Virus record (IMG/VR): IMGVR_UViG_3300047476_001538 | Coordinates: 11,772-75,771 of that record | Strand: one strand, 5' to 3' | DNA: 64,000 nucleotides | Source of the DNA: an uncultured virus (IMG/VR IMGVR_UViG_3300047476_001538) | Taxonomy: Duplodnaviria > Heunggongvirae > Uroviricota > Caudoviricetes | In this document: one piece after another, positions 1 to 7,300 of the stretch | Layout: every line of letters begins with the position of its first letter | Numbering within the stretch: position 1 is the first letter of the stretch | Translations under genes and position numbers: made by a program | Notes under the pieces: model-generated | Databases searched by the model: none | Told to the model about the DNA's origin: nothing | The model's input: the letters and a program-made list of their open reading frames with translations, nothing else

Positions 1-207
1 ATAAATGTCATAGTTTCTAATACTTTTACAACTTTAAATGAACTAAGACCTTACTTTGAAATTGCCAAGATGTATGATATAATTCCTACTGTAATTTATT
101 GTCAAAATCAATTTGAATCTATTCATAATGTTCCCGAAGAAACCATTGAAAAGATGAAAAAAAGATTTGTATATGACCTAACCTCTTTATTTGAAGAATT
201 TCGATGA
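1..207 (+). CDS. C-terminal part of an AAA_33/N4BP2-like P-loop (polynucleotide) kinase, truncated by window start
   Basis: Frame 1 reads NVIVSNTFTT..ELRPY..SIHNVPEETIEKMKKRF to TGA at 205-207, overlapping the next ATG. Confidence 0.7.
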   Translation: MNVIVSNTFTTLNELRPYFEIAKMYDIIPTVIYCQNQFESIHNVPEETIEKMKKRFVYDLTSLFEEFR

Positions 208-758
208 CTACATACGTGACATCAGATTGTCATTTCGGACATAAGAACATCATTAAGTTTGAACCTGTATCAAGACCATTTTCTTCAATAGAAGAAATGG
301 ACGAGGTTCTTATTGAACGATGGAACTCCAAAGTAAAAGAAAATGACGAAATCTATATTCTAGGAGATTTTTCTTTTCATAAAGTCAACAAGACTGTAGA
401 AATCCTTGGAAGACTATCTGGTAAGAAATATCTGATTGTTGGTAATCATGACAATCATCTAATTAACCACGATTCTTTTAAGGAAATGTTTGTTGGTTAT
501 TATGATTTGTTAGATAACAAAATTGCTGGTAAGCATTATGCTATGTGCCATTATCCGTTATTGAGTTGGAATCGCAGTCATTATGGGTCAGTGAATCTAT
601 TTGGACACCTCCATTCAAGTTGGAAGGGTAATAGACAACAGTTGAACGTCGGAATGGATTGCCATAACCTGTATCCTATTGCTTTTGAAGAAATTGATAG
701 TTTGTTGGCGGCATTGCCAGAAAGAAGTTCAGAACTACCCGCGGAGGAAAGATTGTGA
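204..758 (+). CDS. Calcineurin-like metallophosphoesterase
   Basis: Motifs SDCHFGH, LGDF, GNHD, CHYP, GHLH. Confidence 0.9.
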   Translation: MTTYVTSDCHFGHKNIIKFEPVSRPFSSIEEMDEVLIERWNSKVKENDEIYILGDFSFHKVNKTVEILGRLSGKKYLIVGNHDNHLINHDSFKEMFVGYYDLLDNKIAGKHYAMCHYPLLSWNRSHYGSVNLFGHLHSSWKGNRQQLNVGMDCHNLYPIAFEEIDSLLAALPERSSELPAEERL

Positions 759-1138
759 GTAAAATTATTGAAAAACTATTATCGCCTATGGCAAAAGAAG
801 TCTGGATTCTGTTGGAAAATCCAGACGATTGGATTCTTGATTATGAGAACAAACCTCCATGCGCCATAGCACATAAAGATACTCACATTGGTCTTTGGGT
901 TGCTAATGGAGTTTGGTTCTTAGATGGATATGGTAAGGAATTTTATGAATATGACGAAAGGGGATGGGCCACCGAAATATTATTTTCCTCAAAAGCGCCA
1001 AAGATTGGATGTTTTGATAGACATATTCTATGGCGAAGAGTTACAAAAGTGCTAAAACATTTATCTCCGAATAAACAAACTCATTTATTAAATGAATTGA
1101 GAGGTTATAATGAACGAAATAATCGAACAAATCAATGA
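755..1138 (+). CDS. Hypothetical protein
   Basis: ORF coupled to both neighbours by overlap. Confidence 0.6.
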   Translation: MSKIIEKLLSPMAKEVWILLENPDDWILDYENKPPCAIAHKDTHIGLWVANGVWFLDGYGKEFYEYDERGWATEILFSSKAPKIGCFDRHILWRRVTKVLKHLSPNKQTHLLNELRGYNERNNRTNQ

Positions 1139-1499
1139 AATTGATAATGATGGCGGATATGATGGTTACGAAGTTGCAACGAATAAGCAAAAGATATTGC
1201 TTGTTATTGCTAATTTTAGCAAGTGTTGTGAACAATGGGGTTACTTTTGGTGCAATGATAATACGGAAGAATTCGTTGGTTCTGTATTATCTGATGTTAA
1301 AGTAGTTGACACTGCTTTAAACGAACAAACGTATAAGGATAATAGTGAAGGTGGAGTGTATGAAGGTTGTGTAATGTTTGTTAATTTAGAAACTTCAAAG
1401 GGAACATTACAATTCGTTGCTTATAATGATCATAATGGATATTATGGACATACGGCAAAGGTAATAGCAGAAAATTTTAATTATGAGGCTTATTTATGA
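1110..1499 (+). CDS. Conserved phage hypothetical protein
   Basis: RBS GAGG; CCE..W and HNGYYGH motifs. Confidence 0.7.
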   Translation: MNEIIEQINEIDNDGGYDGYEVATNKQKILLVIANFSKCCEQWGYFWCNDNTEEFVGSVLSDVKVVDTALNEQTYKDNSEGGVYEGCVMFVNLETSKGTLQFVAYNDHNGYYGHTAKVIAENFNYEAYL

Positions 1500-1711
1500 A
1501 TCCAAATCCAAACTGTGATAAAGAGTGTAGATTTAGTGTAGGTTATAGTTGTAGAACTGATGTGTATTATCCTCCGGTTTATGATAAACACGGAAATAAC
1601 ATAAATCCGGATAGAAATATTTCTACTTATACCATGTCCTGTTCTACTTGCGGAAAATCTTGGAATTGTTCAACGCAGTTAGGCGAAACCACTTTTACAG
1701 AAATGAAATGA
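1496..1711 (+). CDS. Small Cys-rich (zinc ribbon-like) hypothetical protein
   Basis: CxxxC and CxxC motifs; ATGA overlap. Confidence 0.6.
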   Translation: MNPNPNCDKECRFSVGYSCRTDVYYPPVYDKHGNNINPDRNISTYTMSCSTCGKSWNCSTQLGETTFTEMK

Positions 1712-1865
1712 AAGAAATAACATATTTAATTTATATTATATTCTGGATAATCTTAGTCATTATTTTTATCATTAGCAGCATATTCTCCTCATCGATGGGC
1801 ATTGAAGGAGCAAAACCTACATACTCAGAGAAGAAAACTCTTTGTAAAGAAGATGATGTTTCTGC

Positions 1866-1894
1866 TTGACTTTTCCTATAAGTTCAAGTACAAT
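1866..1894 (+). promoter_or_regulatory. Sigma70-type promoter
   Basis: TTGACT-N17-TACAAT upstream of the RNA ligase. Confidence 0.7.
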
Positions 1895-1925
1895 ATATTT
1901 TTGATTGATGACCTAAGGTGAAATT

Positions 1926-2945
1926 ATGAGACAGATGGCAACTATTAGAAGGATCGAAGAGATTCGTCCTATTCCAGACGCAGATAAGATTTGTTCTTAT
2001 CGTGTGGGAGGTTGGTGGGTAGTAGATTCTATCGGAAAGTATTCTGTAGATGATCTTGTAGTTTATTGCGAGATTGATAGTTTTATTCCGCATGAGATTG
2101 CTCCTTTTCTTTCTAAGGGAAAAGAACCTAGAGAATATGAAGGCGTTAAAGGCGAAAGATTAAGAACTGTAAAATTGAAGGGGCAAATTTCACAGGGACT
2201 TCTACTTCCATTAGAACCTACTTGTTCTATGATTGAATCTGAGTTACTTGAAAGTCTGGATGTTTCTAATCATTTAAATATTCAGAAATATGAGCCTCCA
2301 ATTCCCGCCCAATTAGCAGGATTGATTAAGGGTAATTTCCCTTCAAGAATTCCTAAAACCGACCAGGAACGAATTCAGAATCTTTCAAAAGAATTTATTC
2401 AATGGAAAGAACAAGGATTAACTTTTGAGATTACCGAAAAGTGTGATGGGTCTTCAATGACTTGTTATGTCATTGATGATGTATTTGGGGTATGTTCAAG
2501 GAATCTCGATCTTAAATTTGATGAAAATAATACTTTTTGGAAAGTAGCAATTGCTAATAATTTTGAAGAGAAACTAAAATCCTTCGGTAAAAATATTGCT
2601 ATTCAAGGGGAACTTATCGGAATGGGTGTAAATGGTAATATTTACAAAATGAACAATCATAAATTTGTTTTGTTTGATATTTACGATATTGACGAAGGAA
2701 GATATTTTAATTCCGAAGAAAGAAATGAGTTTGCTGCTGATTTTGGCATTGAACACGTTCCCGTAATTCAGTTTAATTCCTTGGTAGAGTTTAATGATAT
2801 TCAATGTGTGTTGACTTTTGCAGAAGGAAAGAGTATAATCAATCCTGTTGTAGAAAGAGAAGGTTTGGTATTTAAGTGTGTGGAAAAACCTGATATTTCC
2901 TTTAAATCTATATCAAATCGTTTCTTGATTAAGAATGGAGATTAA
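1926..2945 (+). CDS. RNA ligase, DRB0094/Rnl5 family (N-terminal OB fold plus ligase domain)
   Basis: Motif I TEKCDGSS, QGELIG, FVLFDI, REGLV, FKSIS; OB-like N-terminus. Confidence 0.9.
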   Translation: MRQMATIRRIEEIRPIPDADKICSYRVGGWWVVDSIGKYSVDDLVVYCEIDSFIPHEIAPFLSKGKEPREYEGVKGERLRTVKLKGQISQGLLLPLEPTCSMIESELLESLDVSNHLNIQKYEPPIPAQLAGLIKGNFPSRIPKTDQERIQNLSKEFIQWKEQGLTFEITEKCDGSSMTCYVIDDVFGVCSRNLDLKFDENNTFWKVAIANNFEEKLKSFGKNIAIQGELIGMGVNGNIYKMNNHKFVLFDIYDIDEGRYFNSEERNEFAADFGIEHVPVIQFNSLVEFNDIQCVLTFAEGKSIINPVVEREGLVFKCVEKPDISFKSISNRFLIKNGD

Positions 2946-3038
2946 ACTGAAGCGTGAACACCACGATTGCATTGTGGCATGCGCTGATGAAGTGATCGCA
3001 TTTGACCGCAATCAGAAAAAGAAGGAGTTGGAAGAACC

Positions 3039-3428
3039 ATGGCAGAAGTAACACGTAATAGACTAAGCAACGCGGCCAACCCATTTCAAGGGGACTTCAA
3101 GAAAGTCCTTTGTGTTTGTTCGGCGGGACTACTCCGCTCACCAACAGCAGCATGGGTATTGTCTCGTGATCCGTGGAACTTCAATACCAGAGCCGTTGGG
3201 TGCAATGAGGAATATGCTCTGGTAACATTGGACGCTGTTCATTTGGCATGGGCCGATGAGGCGGTAGTATTTGACTACGCTCAGAAAAAGTTAGTAGAGA
3301 ATCTGCTTAACAAGTATGAATGGAAAAGGCCAGTACATAATCTGAATGTACCAGATGAGTTTAACTATCGTGAGGAAGCGTTGGTGAATCACTTAACAGA
3401 AAAATTCACTGAACTTTATCCAACATAG
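3039..3428 (+). CDS. Low-molecular-weight tyrosine phosphatase-like protein
   Basis: CX5R(S) loop VCSAGLLRSPTA; WAD; VPD. Confidence 0.85.
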   Translation: MAEVTRNRLSNAANPFQGDFKKVLCVCSAGLLRSPTAAWVLSRDPWNFNTRAVGCNEEYALVTLDAVHLAWADEAVVFDYAQKKLVENLLNKYEWKRPVHNLNVPDEFNYREEALVNHLTEKFTELYPT

Positions 3429-3450
3429 CGATATCAACATAATGAACTAC

Positions 3451-3475
3451 CAGAGGGACCATGATGTCCCTCTTT
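3451..3475. terminator. Intrinsic terminator hairpin between convergent genes
   Basis: AGAGGGAC-catgat-GTCCCTCT. Confidence 0.6.
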
Positions 3476-3501
3476 GCGTATGCATCGGTCGCAAAAACTG
3501 A

Positions 3502-4218
3502 TCATTTGCTGGAGTATCTGTTGCCCTTTGCTATGTTCTCATCGGCCCACAGTGGCTGAAAGTTGGTGTAGTGGTTAAGTGCAATGATCTCTTCTTCTGT
3601 TTTACCCCATGACACAGGAGTGATGTGATCCAGGTGCCACTCGCTCCTGTTCTCCCATGACATCCCCGCGACAAATTGAGACTCAATGTGTATCTTGAAT
3701 TCTTCAAGCGAGCATCCCAGAATCTCATGAGTGCGTGAGTTTTTAGAGAAATTGTTCCCACGAAAGGCCTGGCCGACGAGGCACCTGACCCTTTGCGTCA
3801 GAGCATACAACGGATCGCTTACTCGTTTTTGTCGATAATATTCTTCATTCCGCTTGTCAATCCGCTCTTTGTTGGACAGATAGTATTGTCTGTGGCGTTG
3901 TTTTATGCGTTCTTTATTGGTTACGTCGTATTCTCTTCTGCGCTCCTTGAGGCGATCTTTGTTGAGTTGGTTGTACTCCTTGTTGTACTCTTTTCTACGC
4001 TCTTTGTTGAGTTGGTTGTACTCTTGGATACGCTCTTTGTTGAGTTGGTAATACTCCTTGGCTTGCTCTTTCCTGTGGTCTTTGTTGGCTTGTCTATAAG
4101 CCTTGTCGCACGATCTGCACTTGTTTTGCAATCCGTCCTTGTTTGCCTTGCATGCGCTGAAGTCAGTAGTAGGTTTTGTTATTTTGCAGACACTGCAAAT
4201 CTTGGTGTAAATAGTCAT
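3502..4218 (-). CDS. HNH-type homing endonuclease-like protein (zinc finger, repetitive helical linker, HNH)
   Basis: CxxC..CxxC, EYNQLNKER repeats, WHLDHITP..NFQPLW..N; start at ATG 4218 after a GGGAG RBS and minus-strand late box at 4277-4284. Confidence 0.8.
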   Translation of the reverse strand: MTIYTKICSVCKITKPTTDFSACKANKDGLQNKCRSCDKAYRQANKDHRKEQAKEYYQLNKERIQEYNQLNKERRKEYNKEYNQLNKDRLKERRREYDVTNKERIKQRHRQYYLSNKERIDKRNEEYYRQKRVSDPLYALTQRVRCLVGQAFRGNNFSKNSRTHEILGCSLEEFKIHIESQFVAGMSWENRSEWHLDHITPVSWGKTEEEIIALNHYTNFQPLWADENIAKGNRYSSK

Positions 4219-4276
4219 GCTGATTGCTCCCATAAGCGTTAGAGTGAGCAGGAATCCCCATTCCGTGGCTCGCACT

Positions 4277-4327
4277 TATTTATCTTTCTTGTGTATCTGA
4301 TACAAGGATTTCCTTCGTTGATAAATA
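4277..4327. promoter_or_regulatory. Back-to-back T4-like late promoter boxes
   Basis: TATTTATC (4277-4284, minus) and GATAAATA (4320-4327, plus). Confidence 0.7.
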
Positions 4328-4354
4328 GCTTATTACCTACGGTTGTCAATCCAT

Positions 4355-7300
4355 ATGAATATACAAGAATTGTCTACGTTTAGCCTTCGTGACTCATTGA
4401 AGTTTCACGACGAACTCAATCCTGCTCTATGGGACGAACACGAGCAGTTGAAGCCCGAAGTCAGAGAAAAGCTGCTTCAGATTGCAGAGGATTTTCAGGA
4501 ATACCTTGGAGTCGACAATCTGGATCTTAAGGATATTACGTTGTCTGGCTCAAATGCCGCCTTCAGCTATAACAAGCACAGTGACATTGATTTACATTTG
4601 GTGGTGGATATGCCAGACGATGAGGTATATCGTGAGTTATTTGATGCCAAAAAGTATGCCTATAACGATCAACATGATGTAAAAATAAAAGGATCGCCCG
4701 TTGAATTGTATGTTCAAGACGCCAACGAAGAGCATTATTCTCAGGGTATCTATTCTGTGATGAATGACGAATGGATTGATGTTCCAAAAAAACGCTCATT
4801 GGACGTTGATGATAGCAGCGTAAAAAACAAGTTTGAGGACGTTAAACGTCACATAACTGATGCCATCAATTCAGATGACTTTGATACGCTCTCTGGTGTT
4901 CACAAGCGTATCAAAGCAATGCGCCAATGTGGATTGGAAAAGAATGGTGAGTTTAGTATTGAAAATCTGACGTTCAAGATGCTCAGAAACGAGGGATGGA
5001 TTGAGAAATTGCTCAATGCCAGAAACAAAGCTAAAGACAAAATGCTCAGTCTTGCTGAAAAGAACAAGAAGAAGCAAAAAAGAATATATGGGTTTAGCAC
5101 ACCAGAATTACTACAATCTGACGTAACCAATACTTGGGACGGTGTGTCTGATAGCACTCAAGATTTTTTGAATGAAGACGTAACCAATACTTGGGACGGT
5201 GTATCGGATAGTACTCAACAATTTTTGAATGAGAAAGATTCTGAATCTCATAAAGAGGTAATCAAGGACTTCATTTTGTTTTGTAAGAAATACCTAAAGA
5301 TAGCCAAGTTACCGAAAGTAACACTAAAGAAGGATGCTAAGTGGTCATCTGAACACAAGACGTTTGGTTACTACAATCCAAATGACAATAGCCTGACAAT
5401 CAATCTGGCTGGCAGAAACATTGTTGATTCGTTAAGAACCATTGGTCACGAATTAGTGCATTGTAAGCAATTTGAATCAGTAGATATGCCAACCAATTCT
5501 GGCGAAACCGGCAGTGCAGCAGAAAATCATGCTAACAGTGTTGCTGGCATACTAATGAGAGAATACGGACAACTCCATCCAGAATTATTTCAAATGCCAG
5601 TATTAGCAGAAGCATCAGGGTACATTCCAACGGCGGCGCAAGCACATGATCCGAGATTTGAAATGGCATTGAGTTGTGATGTTCATCCTGGTACATTGGG
5701 CAGAGTGGCTAACGCATTTGATTTGAATACTGATTCACAAGGTAAACCACAGATTGCTAATCCTAATGGCCGAGTAGTCAGAGAAAACTGTATTGAAGAG
5801 CAAACATTGTTTGAATCGTGGCAAGATTTCAAGAGTCAAGAAGAATTGATCGAAATCTTCGATAAAGAGGTTGTCTATGATTCCGTCAAGGACATGATTG
5901 AAAAATTTCACAATCGTAACAAAGAGTATGTTTATTCGCCATTCACTGATGTGGTTCAATCTCCGGCAATGAAGAGTAATGATTTATTTGCAGTACGTGG
6001 CAGAAATAAAAAAGACAAATCAATGGAGTATCATTTGGTCAGCACTCGCCATGAAAACGGCAAGATAGGTGATAGTTCACAATGGAATAATGAGGCCCTA
6101 AAAGATGCTATGAAGTTCGTTATTGAGGACGCAACCAACTTTGTCAATAAAGGCTCTCGTATTAAATTAATGACTGATGATGCTGCGTTGTATGATCAGT
6201 ATCTTAGAATTGCTAATCTGATGACACAACGCATCAATAGAGAAAGGCAACATGGCGGAGAATTTCAAGTAATAGAGGCTGGAAAGACTAATTCAATCGA
6301 TGGTCAATATTTAGATACTATTTTGATCAGAGGAACACCAACGAAAAAAATGGAGTCGCTTCGGAATGACCAAACCAAAACCAGCTACATCCCCAACGAT
6401 ATCAATAAGCTAACCTTTGAATCGTTTGATCACTATCGCCGTTGGTGTCAATCTCCAAAAACCAATAGCAACAGAAATCCAATGTATCATCCTAATAGAT
6501 ACCAAGGTATTTTTATAGACAGTAAAGATTTGCGTGAGACAAACGATATATTCACGAAAAGAAAGCAACAAGGAAAGGAATTTTCAAATGAATTCCTATC
6601 ACTTGATGATCGTGAAAATGTTGCTTTAAAAGTAGGTAATAAGATTTCTGTATTATCGTGTATCGTTGCACCCACTGATAAAATTAGCAGAATTGAGCTA
6701 TCCGGTTTCGTTACTCCTAAAGAGATAGCAAATCTACTGCTATCAACCGATGATAAGATTGATGCCATTGAATTTACCGATGGCACACAATATCCTGAAA
6801 AAGCACAAGAAACTATTGTAGATAATATAAACCTTGTCAATACTGTATTCTTTCCAGACAAACACACAGCAGATTATGCTATGACCGCAACTGAATTACT
6901 GTTATGGGGAATGGAAGGAAAAGGGTGGAAAATTGAGCGATACATGAGTGAATCTGCTGATAATTTGGAAGAATCACTTTGGGAAGAACTTCAGAATCAC
7001 AAAAGTGGTGATAATGTCAACAACTTCCAAAAATGGTTTGGCAATAGTAAAGTGGTTGACGACAACGGCAATCCTCTCAGAGTTTATCATGGAACAGCCG
7101 GTGATTTCCCGTCTTTTAGTTCAAAATTTCAGGGTAAAACAACCGGTGCTACTAGCTCCAAATCAGGATTCTTTTTTACATCATCACCAACTACAGCAAA
7201 ATCTTATGCTGACTATGCAGCATTAAATGCAAAAGTGCAACAACTATTGGATCAAGCTGATGCTGCTGAAAAGAAAGGTGATTGGGATTTGTATGATGAA

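Noticed and set aside
3793-4242. Hydrophobic 149-aa plus-strand ORF
   Set aside because: Antisense shadow of the repetitive HNH gene
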